DNA from: Candidatus Krumholzibacteriota bacterium | GTDB lineage: Bacteria > Krumholzibacteriota > Krumholzibacteriia > LZORAL124-64-63 | Assembly (NCBI GenBank): GCA_024277025.1 | Contig: JAJRWA010000018.1 | Coordinates: forward strand, 56 to 64,055 | Direction: 5' to 3' | Length of the DNA: 64,000 nucleotides | Translations under genes and position numbers: made by a program | Shown here: positions 39,501 through 48,393 of the stretch, one piece after another | Numbering within the stretch: position 1 is the stretch's first letter | Layout: every line of letters begins with the position of its first letter | Notes under the pieces: model-generated | Databases searched by the model: none | The model's input: only the letters and a program-made list of their open reading frames with translations | Told to the model about the DNA's origin: nothing

Positions 39501-39622
39501 GCACCGGCGGAAATGGCATCGGGTCTGAACTCCATCGGATTCGCACTTGCCGCCACGGAAATAAGTACGGTCGCCGAGAGCGTCAGGGCGACCAGCAGAG
39601 CGAGGCGTGGCCAACGTTTCAT
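36590..39622 (-). CDS. Large secreted multidomain protein with dockerin-like and C-terminal FlgD-Ig-type domains
   Basis: Signal peptide; PPDP...FDPKIVYD...DYPG...RWGDYS region; GDMNGDLAVNLID and GDFRWNGALDLSD; PNPFNPMTEIRF...ASGVYF...KMLLMK. Confidence 0.85.
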   Translation of the reverse strand: MKRWPRLALLVALTLSATVLISVAASANPMEFRPDAISAGAAAADLAPRVPESIRLEGSPTDGRGDKTFFPGVSFLGYNFDDNATENNGFLFIPPDPMGAAGPDRLIGVVNTGLECRTKTGTLLYRDSLKDFFAPLGAQSLGTYTFDPKIVYDHYEGRFLIVALERWFAANGDPSDESRILIAVSKTSSPATATAADWWYMAIDSKINIGGVDHWADYPGFEVDEEAVYVTANMFPFSGSGGGTRLWIVDKGAAGGFYGGGAAAWTVHDPIPAGFISLTLAPALVYGPGGVGGVGSSVGTFLVGYSSLTYGGAGQPEAVEVIRVDDPLGSPTFTGEFVTVGDLEDVGGAFGFPPLPDAPQSSTARLIEVNDSRALDAVWRDGSLWVTTTINPNVANDPVNVGSTTAHWFRFDTTAVPAPITVADQGNIGGEDIAPNTWTFFPSVAVNGSGAAKFGFSASAQTMFCGAYHTGREVGDPAGTVQPAGPVQIGLDYYTRTFGGSRNRWGDYSGISVDPADDTTFWIYNEYAETRGTIISGEDGRWGTAWMSCTTSNQIFASVFPLQPLNGPVSLYAQPDGSGDPLAAAQLWDGIPGNPPITVDATIGVRLVDGAGNPVVGFPASLITVAAQSAGWTQCASAALTADAPTDASGLTTISGALFAGGSSAPGELMLVVVNSPLLGGITYPGGLPGLQYWVNSGDMNGDLAVNLIDVPMFSSAFFSAVYDYAGDFRWNGALDLSDVTIMAAALGASCPGIKNSGTQVATAGELGLVFDSARGRSARTAAPGQPVDAYIVLRGAVAAEGVEALAASIRTSKNVVIHQRELVGDGLDLSAGNDLVFGFADARRADGPLVLARLRLSVTDEQPAYLWLDAARSAGGSLPEVVRLGELLGVRPASGAVEAPVASLNDKDFDLGDRSPSAQNLKLSVAPNPFNPMTEIRFSLPADGAVELRVYDASGKLVATLANEVMAAGRHTVVWSGTDSNGRGVASGVYFSTLRTEAGTLREKMLLMK

Positions 39623-39876
39623 GGGAAGTCTCCTCTATTGAGTATCACGGCTCGGCGGCCTGTCCGGCGCGAGCCTGGGCGTAACTTGAGCGGGAAGCCG
39701 ACAGAAACAGCGGACCGCACAGCACCGCTGAAAGGCGAATCGTCTCCCCCCCACAAGAGCGGACTCGGTCTTATCGTAGCACACAATCGTCCAATCGTGC
39801 AAATTTGCTGGTAACGATAGCCATTATCAACTACAGTATCCCCTGCGCTGAATTCCCCAAGTACCCGGAGGCCCCC

Positions 39877-41199
39877 GTGCGACCAGCCCTATTGTCAATC
39901 TGTGTTGTTTTGCTCGCCGCCGGACCGGTCGCCGCCGGCACGACAGCTTTTGTCGGTGCCCGGCTCATTCCGGTCGACGGTCCCGAGATACCCGATGGCA
40001 TTCTGGTGATCAAGGACGGCGTGATCTCCCGGATCGGCGCCTGCGACCAGGTGAAGATCCCGGCCGGCGCCACAGCCATCGACGCGGCCAGTCGGACGAT
40101 CATGCCGGGTCTGGTCGACACCCACAGCCATATCGGCGGCTTTCGTGCGGCCGACAAGAGTGGTCCCCTTCAGCCGGGCGTCCGGATTCGCGACGGACTG
40201 AATGTCTTTGACGCGGGCTATCGCCGGGCAGTCGCCGGCGGCCTGACGACCCTGAATGTCATGCCCGGCAGCGGCTACCTCAGCAGCGGCCAGACCATCT
40301 ATCTGAAGATGCGCCGCACAGGTCCCGGCACGAAGATCTTCACCCCCCGCGACCTGGCCTACACTTCGGCCGACGGCCAACGGGTGCTCGGCGGCCTGAA
40401 GATGGCCAACGGCACCAACAGCCAGCGCAAGCCGCCGTTTCCCGGCACGCGCGCCAAGTCCGCCTATCTGGTGCGCGAAAGTTTCATCAAGGCCCAGGAG
40501 TACGCGGCCAAAATCGAGGCTGCGGACGGCGACACCGGCGAATTGCCGCCCCGGGACCTGGACCTCGAGACCCTGGTCGAAGTGCTGAACGGCGAGCGGG
40601 TCGTGCACCACCACACCCACCGGGCCGACGACATCATGACCGTGCTGCGCCTGCAACAGGAGTTCGGTTTCAAGGTCGTCCTGCACCACCTGAGCGAGGG
40701 CTGGAAGGTCGCCGACCAGATCGCCGCCGCGGGCGCGGCCTGCAGCCTGATCAACATCGACAGCCCGGGCGGCAAACTCGAGGCCGCCGAGTTGCGCTTC
40801 GAAACCGGAGCCGTGCTGGCTGCGGCCGGCGTCCTGGTCGCCTACCACACCGACGACTGGATCACCGACAGCCGCCTTTTTCTGCGCTCGGCGGCCCTGG
40901 GCGTACGCGGCGGGCTGGATCGCGCCACGGCCCTGAAGTCGGTCACGCTCAACGGTGCGATCATGCTGGACCTGGACGACCGCATCGGCAGCCTGACCAA
41001 AGGCAAGGACGCCGATTTCATCGTCCTGGACGGTGACCCGCTGAGCGTGTATACGCGGGTGCTGCAGACCTGGGTCGAAGGGGAAATGGTGTTCGATTAC
41101 AACGACCCCGCGGACCGGCTCCACGCCGAAGGCGGCCAGGGCGCGGCCAAGGACATGGAGCCCTTCCTGTGCTGCTACGAGAACGGAGGCGAGTCATGA
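39877..41199 (+). CDS. Secreted amidohydrolase family protein
   Basis: MPGLVDTHSH, LKMANG, HHHTHRADD, HTDD, GSLTKGKDAD. Confidence 0.9.
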   Translation: MRPALLSICVVLLAAGPVAAGTTAFVGARLIPVDGPEIPDGILVIKDGVISRIGACDQVKIPAGATAIDAASRTIMPGLVDTHSHIGGFRAADKSGPLQPGVRIRDGLNVFDAGYRRAVAGGLTTLNVMPGSGYLSSGQTIYLKMRRTGPGTKIFTPRDLAYTSADGQRVLGGLKMANGTNSQRKPPFPGTRAKSAYLVRESFIKAQEYAAKIEAADGDTGELPPRDLDLETLVEVLNGERVVHHHTHRADDIMTVLRLQQEFGFKVVLHHLSEGWKVADQIAAAGAACSLINIDSPGGKLEAAELRFETGAVLAAAGVLVAYHTDDWITDSRLFLRSAALGVRGGLDRATALKSVTLNGAIMLDLDDRIGSLTKGKDADFIVLDGDPLSVYTRVLQTWVEGEMVFDYNDPADRLHAEGGQGAAKDMEPFLCCYENGGES

Positions 41200-42413
41200 A
41201 GAAGCTGTTGCTGTTGAGCATGCTCCTGCTGGCCGCCTCGGCCGAAGCCCAGCTTGCCGTCCGCGGCGAGGTCGTCCACACGATGACCGGCCCGGCGATC
41301 ACCGATGGCGTGGTGTTGATCCAGGACGGCCGGATCAAGGCCGTCGGTCCGGCCTCGCAGATCCGGGTGCCTGACGACTATCGAGTACTGCGCGCGGCGG
41401 TGGTCACACCCGGCCTGATCGACGTGCACGCCACCGTCGGCCTGACCGGCATCTTCAATTCACGCCACGACCAGGACCATCTGGAAACCTCGGCGCCCAT
41501 ACAGCCGGAATTGCGGGCGCTGGACGCCTATAATCCGCAGGAACCGCTGGTGGCCTGGGTACGTTCGTTCGGCGTGACCACCCTGCACACCGGCCCCTCG
41601 CCCGGCGCTCCGGTCTCGGGTCAGACCATGATCGTCAAGACCCGCGGCAGCACCGTGGCCGAAGCGGTGGTCCAGGAAACGACCGCCCTGGCGGTCGCCC
41701 TCACGCCGCCCTCGGATATCTTCGACCAGAGCGAGATGTTCACCACCCGGGCCAAGACCGTGGCCCTGCTGCGGCAGGACCTGATCCGCGCCCGGGAGTA
41801 TCGGGCCGAACTGGCGGCCGCGGCCGACGATGACGACCTCACCGCGCCTGACCGCGACCTGCATCTGGAGACCATGACCGCGGTCCTGGACGGTGATCTG
41901 GCGCTGATGGTGACGGCCCATCGCGCCCGCGACATGGTCAACGCCCTGCGCCTGGCCGATGAATTCGGGTTGCGCCTGTGGCTGGACGGGGCGGCCGAAG
42001 CCCACCAGATCCTGCCCCTGATCAGGCAGGCCGGCGTGCCGGTGCTGCTGCACGCGACGATGATGCGCTCGTTCGGGGAAACCGAGAACACGAGCATGGA
42101 AACAGCGGCGCTGCTGCGCGAGGCCGGCATTCCCTTCGGTATCCAAAGCGGTTACGAGGCCTATGTGCCCAAGGTGCGGGTTGTTCTGCTGGAGGCGGCC
42201 GTCGCTGCGGCCCATGGGTTGGGTTTCGAGGCCGCCCTCGCTTCAATCACCAGCGAACCGGCCCGGATTCTGGGGATCGCCGACCGGGTCGGCTCCCTGG
42301 CCAAGGGTTTGGATGCTGATCTGGCGCTCTACGATGGCGATCCCTTCGAATACACGAGCCACTGCGTCGGCGTCGTCATCGAGGGGGAAATTGTTTCTGA
42401 GGTTGTGCGGTAG
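41196..42413 (+). CDS. Secreted amidohydrolase family protein (degenerate HxH)
   Basis: TPGLIDVHAT, GSLAKGLDAD. ATGA-coupled to the upstream paralog. Confidence 0.88.
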   Translation: MKKLLLLSMLLLAASAEAQLAVRGEVVHTMTGPAITDGVVLIQDGRIKAVGPASQIRVPDDYRVLRAAVVTPGLIDVHATVGLTGIFNSRHDQDHLETSAPIQPELRALDAYNPQEPLVAWVRSFGVTTLHTGPSPGAPVSGQTMIVKTRGSTVAEAVVQETTALAVALTPPSDIFDQSEMFTTRAKTVALLRQDLIRAREYRAELAAAADDDDLTAPDRDLHLETMTAVLDGDLALMVTAHRARDMVNALRLADEFGLRLWLDGAAEAHQILPLIRQAGVPVLLHATMMRSFGETENTSMETAALLREAGIPFGIQSGYEAYVPKVRVVLLEAAVAAAHGLGFEAALASITSEPARILGIADRVGSLAKGLDADLALYDGDPFEYTSHCVGVVIEGEIVSEVVR

Positions 42414-42542
42414 ACAGCAGTCTGTTCGTGGTTGCAGACCGGCATCGGAACGTCGGGCTGGCGGCAACCGCGCCACAGCGTCACAACCGACAATCCGGCG
42501 ACCACCTTGCACCGGCCCGCCGCAGCAGCGAGATTGGCCTGC

Positions 42543-43916
42543 ATGAGCAATGCCCGCCGCCGAAACGCCTCCCCACGCCAGCCCCGTTCCCAGCCGGTGC
42601 TCCAGAATCGCCTTGTCAGCCTGTGGCGGAAACTCGCCGCCAACCGGCAGCCTCCCGCCATCGACCGTTTTCTGGCCCGCGAGCTGGGCCGCCTGGACGG
42701 TCTCGGCCGTCGGGACCGTCTCTGGCTGGGCGACCTGCTGACCGACGGACTGCGCTTCGGCGCCCTGACCGTGTTCGCCGAGACCTGGCGCCGGGACATC
42801 TGGCAGTCCGGCGCGACGGTTGCCGAACGGCTGGTCAGCCACACCTTGCCCGATGGTGACGGACTTTGGCGCCGTCTGCGCCGCCTGCCCGTGCCCGTCG
42901 TCTTTTTCTGGACTTTCATGCGCAAACGCCTGAACGGTACCGAACTGCCCGCCATCGCCCCGCCGGGCCCGTTGGCCACCGAGGTGTGGCGTACGCTGCG
43001 CGAACAGGCCCCCGGCAGCCCCGACCCGGGCGTACGCGCGCTCTGGGCCGGCTTGCCACCGGCGCTGCTGCCACAGCTGACGACCCGGGCCTCGGCCTCG
43101 GGCTGGACGGCTGAACGACTGCTGACCTTTCTCGATCGTCACGCCCTGCGCCCGCCGGTCGGGTTGCGCATCCTCCGGCCCGAGGCCACGACTGCCCTGG
43201 CCGCCGAACTGGCCGCCGCCGGTTTTTCCTGCGAGCAGCAGGGAGCCGGGTTCATGGTGCAGGGCGAGGGCGGCGTCTTTGAATTGCCCGGCTACCGGTC
43301 CGGCCAACTCGAGATCCAGGATCTGGCCAGCCAGGCCATCGGCGAGGCGGTCGCGGCCCGGCCCGGCCAGTTGATCTGGGATTGCTGTGCCGGGGCCGGT
43401 GGCAAGAGCGTCCAGTTGGCGGCCGGTATGCGGGGCCGGGGGGCGATCCTGGCCACGGACCTGCAGGAAAGCAAGTTGAAGGATCTCAGGCGGCGCGCCA
43501 AACGGGCCCGTCTGGCCAACATCAAGACTGAAACCTGGTCCGGAGACGGCTTGCCTGATTTCAGCCCGGAAGTCGCAGCTCACGGCGGCTTCGACTGTGT
43601 GCTGGTGGACGCCCACTGTTCCGGCAGCGGCACCTGGCGGCGCAACGTCGACGGGCGGTTGCGATTCGACGCGGGGACGGTGAACAGCTGGGTCGAGGTG
43701 CAGAGCGGCCTGTTGGATCTCGTGGCGGCCAGTGTGCGACCGGACGGTCGCCTGGTCTACGGCACCTGTTCCTGGCTCGTGGCCGAGAACGAAGCCGTAT
43801 GCGAAACCTTCCTCGCCAGGCATCCCCAATGGCGGCTGCAGACCAGTTGCCTGGCCGGCAACCCGGATATCGACAGTGACACGACTTTCCATGCGGTATT
43901 CACGCGCGCGCAATAA
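42543..43916 (+). CDS. RsmB/NOP-family RNA m5C methyltransferase
   Basis: EIQDLASQ, DCCAGAGGKS, VLVDAHCSGSGTWRRN, LVYGTCS...ENE. Confidence 0.9.
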   Translation: MSNARRRNASPRQPRSQPVLQNRLVSLWRKLAANRQPPAIDRFLARELGRLDGLGRRDRLWLGDLLTDGLRFGALTVFAETWRRDIWQSGATVAERLVSHTLPDGDGLWRRLRRLPVPVVFFWTFMRKRLNGTELPAIAPPGPLATEVWRTLREQAPGSPDPGVRALWAGLPPALLPQLTTRASASGWTAERLLTFLDRHALRPPVGLRILRPEATTALAAELAAAGFSCEQQGAGFMVQGEGGVFELPGYRSGQLEIQDLASQAIGEAVAARPGQLIWDCCAGAGGKSVQLAAGMRGRGAILATDLQESKLKDLRRRAKRARLANIKTETWSGDGLPDFSPEVAAHGGFDCVLVDAHCSGSGTWRRNVDGRLRFDAGTVNSWVEVQSGLLDLVAASVRPDGRLVYGTCSWLVAENEAVCETFLARHPQWRLQTSCLAGNPDIDSDTTFHAVFTRAQ

Positions 43917-43931
43917 ACATCAGTTGACCTA

Positions 43932-43998
43932 TTGACTACCCCGCGGGTTGTTCCTTTACTGGAAACACAAGTTCAGAACCGAGCCGGAGTTCAGAACC
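43932..43998 (+). promoter_or_regulatory. Putative sigma70 promoter followed by an 11-bp direct repeat
   Basis: TTGACT-17 bp-TTTACT (43932-43960); AGTTCAGAACC at 43970-43980 and 43988-43998. Confidence 0.5.
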
Positions 43999-44017
43999 CC
44001 AATCAAGCGAGCCCGTC

Positions 44018-44350
44018 GTGTCGAACTACTACGATTCGCAGCATCTCAAGAAATTTGCCGACATCGCCGAGGGCAACCAGCCCATGGCCGACAAGTTCTT
44101 CGAGTATTACGACTCTGTCTTCCAGGAAGGCGCCCTGTCCAAGCGCGAGAAGGCCCTGATCGCCCTGGCGGTAGCTCATGCGATCCAGTGTCCGTATTGT
44201 ATCGACGCCTACACCGGCGGGGCCCAGCAGCACGGGGCGGACCTCGACCAGATGACCGAGGCGGTCCATGAGGCCTGCGCGATCCGTGGCGGGGCCTCAC
44301 TTGTGCACGGACTGCAGATGCTCGAACACGTCAAGAAATCCGGTATGTGA
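44018..44350 (+). CDS. AhpD/CMD-like peroxidase of the type associated with arsS
   Basis: GALSKREKALIALAVAHAIQCPYCIDAY...AIRGGASLVHG, adjacent to arsS. Confidence 0.9.
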   Translation: MSNYYDSQHLKKFADIAEGNQPMADKFFEYYDSVFQEGALSKREKALIALAVAHAIQCPYCIDAYTGGAQQHGADLDQMTEAVHEACAIRGGASLVHGLQMLEHVKKSGM

Positions 44351-44389
44351 TGTGGTGTCCCCCTGAAGATGTGAAAGGCCGGTGCCGCT

Positions 44390-45496
44390 GTGCGCGCTGA
44401 AATCAATCCCGCCCCCGACGAAGAAGTCGCCGGCCCGCGCAAGGTGCTCAGCCTCGTGCGCCGCGGCTCGCCGCTGGCCCGGCCGGCCCGGCAACTGCAG
44501 ATTCTGGGCGAGCTGCAGTTGACCCAGCCCGACGGCAGCCGGGCCGAATTCGACGCGACCCTGGCGGCCCACGGCTGCCCCCAACTGCGGCCGGCTACCC
44601 TGGAGATCTTCCAGATGAATCTGGGCAAGCTGTGCAACATGAGCTGCCGGCATTGCCACGTGGACGCGGGACCGGATCGCCACGACGCCGTGATGGACCG
44701 GACCACGGTTGACGCCTGTCTGGCGGCCCTGGACCGCACCGACGCCCACACCGTGGACCTGACCGGCGGCGCACCCGAAATGAACCCCCACTTCGCCTAT
44801 CTGGTCGACGAATTGACAGCCCGCGGCAAGCACGTGCTGGACCGCTGCAACCTGACGATTCTGCTGGCCAACGGCTACACGCACCTGCCGGAGTGGCTGG
44901 CCGAACGAGGCGTGGAAATCGTCTGCTCGCTGCCCCACTACCGCCTGCGCAACACCGATGCCCAGCGCGGCGACGGCACCTTCAAGAAGTCCATCCGGGC
45001 CCTGGGGCGGCTGAATGCCGTGGGTTATGGACAAGGTGATCCGCGCCTGAAACTGACCCTGGTCTCCAATCCGGCGGGCGCCTTCCTGGCCGGCGACCAG
45101 TGCTCGATGGAGCGTAAGTGGCGGCGCGAACTGGAGCGCCTGCACGACATCAGTTTTGATGCGCTGATCACGCTGAACAACATGCCGATTGCGCGCTACC
45201 TGGAGTGGCTGCAGCAATCGGGCAACCTGCAGGAGTACACCGAGACACTGCTCTGCGCGTTCAACCCGGCCACGATCGAGGGCCTGATGTGCCGCAACAC
45301 GATCTCCGTCGGCTGGGACGGCCAGGTATACGACTGCGACTTCAACCAGATGCTGGCGATCGGCAGCGAGGGCACGGCGCACATTTCCGTTTTCGATGCG
45401 GCCCGGTTCGCCGACCGCGGCATCCGCACCGCCCGCCACTGCTATGGCTGTACCGCCGGTGCGGGCAGCTCGTGCGGCGGCTCGCTGGCCGACTAG
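44390..45496 (+). CDS. arsS: Arsenosugar-biosynthesis radical SAM protein ArsS-like
   Basis: QMNLGKLCNMSCRHCHVDAGP, DLTGGAPEMNP, DRCNLT, MCRNTISV...YDCDFNQM, HCYGCTAGAGSSCGG. Confidence 0.92.
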   Translation: MRAEINPAPDEEVAGPRKVLSLVRRGSPLARPARQLQILGELQLTQPDGSRAEFDATLAAHGCPQLRPATLEIFQMNLGKLCNMSCRHCHVDAGPDRHDAVMDRTTVDACLAALDRTDAHTVDLTGGAPEMNPHFAYLVDELTARGKHVLDRCNLTILLANGYTHLPEWLAERGVEIVCSLPHYRLRNTDAQRGDGTFKKSIRALGRLNAVGYGQGDPRLKLTLVSNPAGAFLAGDQCSMERKWRRELERLHDISFDALITLNNMPIARYLEWLQQSGNLQEYTETLLCAFNPATIEGLMCRNTISVGWDGQVYDCDFNQMLAIGSEGTAHISVFDAARFADRGIRTARHCYGCTAGAGSSCGGSLAD

Positions 45497-45511
45497 CGCC
45501 GCCATTCAACC

Positions 45512-46234
45512 ATGTACCAGGAGCACACAGTCGCAGTCATCATACCGGCCCTGAACGAGGCCGCAGCCATCGGCGACGTCATCGCCCGGATCGACCGCAA
45601 GCTGGCCGACTGGGTCGTCGTCGGGGACAACGGTTCGACCGATGACACGGCCGCCGTGGCCCGGGCCGCCGGTGCCCTGGTTGTCCGGGAAGACCGCCGT
45701 GGCTACGGCAGCGCCTGCCTCAAGGCGATCACTCTGGTACCCAAGGCCGACATCCTGGTCTTTCTCGACGCCGATGGCGGCGATGACCCCTCGGACCTGC
45801 CGTTGCTGTTGGCAGCCCTGTTGGCCAGGGGCACCGACATCGTCATCGGCTCGCGCCTGGCCGGCCGCGCCGAACCCGGCTCGCTGACTTGCGTGCAACG
45901 CTTCGGCAATACCCTGACCTGCGGCCTGGTGCGACTGTTCTGGGGCGCGCGGTTCACCGATCTGGGGCCGTTCCGGGCCATCCGGCGGCCCGTTTATGAA
46001 ACGCTGCAGATGGCGGATCCGGACTACGGCTGGACCATCGAGATGCAGGTCAAGGCGGCCCAGAGGGGACTCAAGGTGGTCGAGGTTCCGGTCAGCTACC
46101 GCAAGCGGCAGGCCGGCCAAAGCAAGGTCAGCGGCACGATCATCGGTTCATGGCGGGCCGGCAGCCGGATCCTGGGTTACGTGTTCGCCGCCAAGGCCAA
46201 TGAATTGATGACGCGGCGCTCAGGTGGGAGTTAA
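45512..46234 (+). CDS. GT2 glycosyltransferase (DPM-synthase-like)
   Basis: IIPALNE, DNGSTD, GYGSAC, FLDADG, TDLGPFRAI, GWTIEMQ. Confidence 0.92.
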   Translation: MYQEHTVAVIIPALNEAAAIGDVIARIDRKLADWVVVGDNGSTDDTAAVARAAGALVVREDRRGYGSACLKAITLVPKADILVFLDADGGDDPSDLPLLLAALLARGTDIVIGSRLAGRAEPGSLTCVQRFGNTLTCGLVRLFWGARFTDLGPFRAIRRPVYETLQMADPDYGWTIEMQVKAAQRGLKVVEVPVSYRKRQAGQSKVSGTIIGSWRAGSRILGYVFAAKANELMTRRSGGS

Positions 46235-46241
46235 GTTGGCC

Positions 46242-46877
46242 ATGGTCGGAATTCCCGCAACAGGAACGGGCACGCTGATCCTGTTCACGCGCCTGCCGCT
46301 CGCTGGCCGGACCAAGACGCGGTTGATGCCACGGCTGGGCGCCGTCGGCGCGGCCGAGCTGCACCGGCGGCTGGTCGAACACACGCTGGGCACCGCGCGC
46401 CGGGCCGCTTTGGCTGGTGGCGTGAATCTGGAGATCCACCACACGGGCGACCGGCAGGAGATGGCCCGCTGGCTGGGCGACGACCTGGTCTACCGCCCGC
46501 AGGCCGACGGTGATCTGGGCGCACGGATGAGCGCGGCACTGGCAGCGGCAGCCGCACCGGCGGTGCTGATCGGCACCGACTGTCCGGACCTGACCGCGGA
46601 CATCCTGGGGGCGGCGTTTGCGGTGCTGACGGAGCATGACGCCGTCCTCGGTCCGGCGGCCGATGGCGGCTACTACCTGGTTGGCATACGGCCGCCGCAG
46701 CCCGGGATATTTGACAACGTGCCCTGGGGGACGGACCAGGTGCTGTCCGTGACCCGGGAACGGATTGCCGCGCAGGGGCTGAGCTGGGCCGAAGTGACGA
46801 CCCTGACGGATATCGACCGGCCCGAGGATCTGGCCCGCGTGCCGGCCCATCTGCTGCCTGACACGGAAACAATGTAA
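46242..46877 (+). CDS. TIGR04282/DUF2064-type glycosyltransferase-like protein
   Basis: GRTKTRL, QADGDLGARM, IGTDCP, LGPAADGGYYLVG, LTDIDRPEDL. Confidence 0.9.
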   Translation: MVGIPATGTGTLILFTRLPLAGRTKTRLMPRLGAVGAAELHRRLVEHTLGTARRAALAGGVNLEIHHTGDRQEMARWLGDDLVYRPQADGDLGARMSAALAAAAAPAVLIGTDCPDLTADILGAAFAVLTEHDAVLGPAADGGYYLVGIRPPQPGIFDNVPWGTDQVLSVTRERIAAQGLSWAEVTTLTDIDRPEDLARVPAHLLPDTETM

Positions 46878-46878
46878 A

Positions 46879-48393
46879 GTGGGGACCATGCTTGTCCATT
46901 CGATGCTGATCGTCTACATCGCCGCCTCCGTGGGCCTGCTCGTCTACGGGCTGAACGCCTACGTCATGCTGGCGTTGATGGTGCCCAGACGGCGCAAACA
47001 GCGGCAGGCCGACCAGGCTCTCGCCGAGCAGTTCGCCCTGGCCGGCCATGATCTGCCCCGCGTGACGACCCAGTTGCCGATCTACAACGAGAAGAATGTG
47101 GTCGCGCGCCTGCTGCGGGCCGTGTGCGCATTCGACTATCCGGCCGACCGCCACGAAATCCAGGTGCTGGATGATTCCACCGATGAGACCTCCGCTGTAG
47201 TCGCTGAACTGGTGGCCGAACTGCAGACCCTGGGGCACGACATCCACCACCTGCGCCGGACCCACCGCCAGGGCTTCAAGGCCGGCGCCCTGGCCGAAGG
47301 TCTGGCCGTGGCCAGGGGCGAGTTCGTCGCCATCTTCGACGCCGATTTTGTGCCCGCCCCCGACTTCCTGCGAGCCACGGTGCCTTTTCTGCTGGCGGAC
47401 GCGCGCTGCTGCTTCGTGCAGACGCGCTGGGGCCACCGCAACCGTGATTTTTCCCTGCTGACCGAACTGCAGAGCATCGGCATCGACGGCCATTTCGTCG
47501 TCGAGCAGGCCGCCCGCGCCTGGCACGGCCTGTTCTTCAACTTCAACGGCACCGCCGGCATCTGGCGGACGGCCGCGATCGCCGACGCCGGCGGCTGGCG
47601 GGCCGACACCCTGACCGAGGATCTGGACCTCAGTTACCGCGCGCTGCTGCGGGGCTGGCGGCCGCGCTACCTGCTGGACTACGTCACGCCGGCCGAAGTG
47701 CCCACCGACATCAACGCCCTCAAATCGCAGCAGCGGCGCTGGGCCACGGGCTCGATCCAGTGTGCGGTCAAGATGCTGCCCCGCGTCCTGGCCCAACCGG
47801 GTCTGGGGCGGTTTCGCAAGCTGCAGGCCGTCCTGCATCTGACCCACTACCTGATCCACCCCCTGATCCTGATACTGACCCTGTTGGTGTTGCCGCTGGT
47901 GCTGGCCCATGGCATGGAGTTCGCCAATGCCCTGACCATGCCGCTGGTCAGCGTGATGCTGGTGGCCATGTTCGGACCCAGTACCCTGTACGTCGTTTCC
48001 CAGGCGGTGAGCGGCGGCCGCTGGCGGCGGGCCGTGCTGTTGATGCCGTTGCTGATCGGCATCGGCATCGGCCTGGCGGTGAACAACAGCCTGGCGGTCG
48101 CCCGGGCCCTGCTGGGGCTCAAGGGCGGCGAATTCGTGCGCACGCCGAAACTGGGTGCCCTGGCGGAGAAAGGTGCTGGGCCGACTTCGCCCCAGGTCGG
48201 CAGCTACCGCCAACCCCTGGGCCGGATGTACGTGCTGGAGATTCTGCTGGGCCTGTGGGCCCTGGGGGCCTGCGGGGCTTTCGTGGCTTCCGTTGGCCCT
48301 GGAGCCGGCATCCTGCTGTTGATCCAGGCCCTGGGCTTTGCGGCGGTGGGTGTGATCTCGGTGCTGCACGGGCGACACCGTCATCCCGCATGA
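46879..48393 (+). CDS. Processive GT2 (cellulose-synthase-like) membrane glycosyltransferase
   Basis: QLPIYNE, DDSTD, KAGAL, FDADF, TEDLD, QQRRW, EFVRTPK, C-terminal TMs. Confidence 0.92.
   Translation: MGTMLVHSMLIVYIAASVGLLVYGLNAYVMLALMVPRRRKQRQADQALAEQFALAGHDLPRVTTQLPIYNEKNVVARLLRAVCAFDYPADRHEIQVLDDSTDETSAVVAELVAELQTLGHDIHHLRRTHRQGFKAGALAEGLAVARGEFVAIFDADFVPAPDFLRATVPFLLADARCCFVQTRWGHRNRDFSLLTELQSIGIDGHFVVEQAARAWHGLFFNFNGTAGIWRTAAIADAGGWRADTLTEDLDLSYRALLRGWRPRYLLDYVTPAEVPTDINALKSQQRRWATGSIQCAVKMLPRVLAQPGLGRFRKLQAVLHLTHYLIHPLILILTLLVLPLVLAHGMEFANALTMPLVSVMLVAMFGPSTLYVVSQAVSGGRWRRAVLLMPLLIGIGIGLAVNNSLAVARALLGLKGGEFVRTPKLGALAEKGAGPTSPQVGSYRQPLGRMYVLEILLGLWALGACGAFVASVGPGAGILLLIQALGFAAVGVISVLHGRHRHPA

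Noticed and set aside
45465-45496. ArsS C-terminal GSSCGG and the peroxidase active site (near 21618) as possible Sec sites
   Set aside because: The codons are TGC and TGT, so both are Cys forms.
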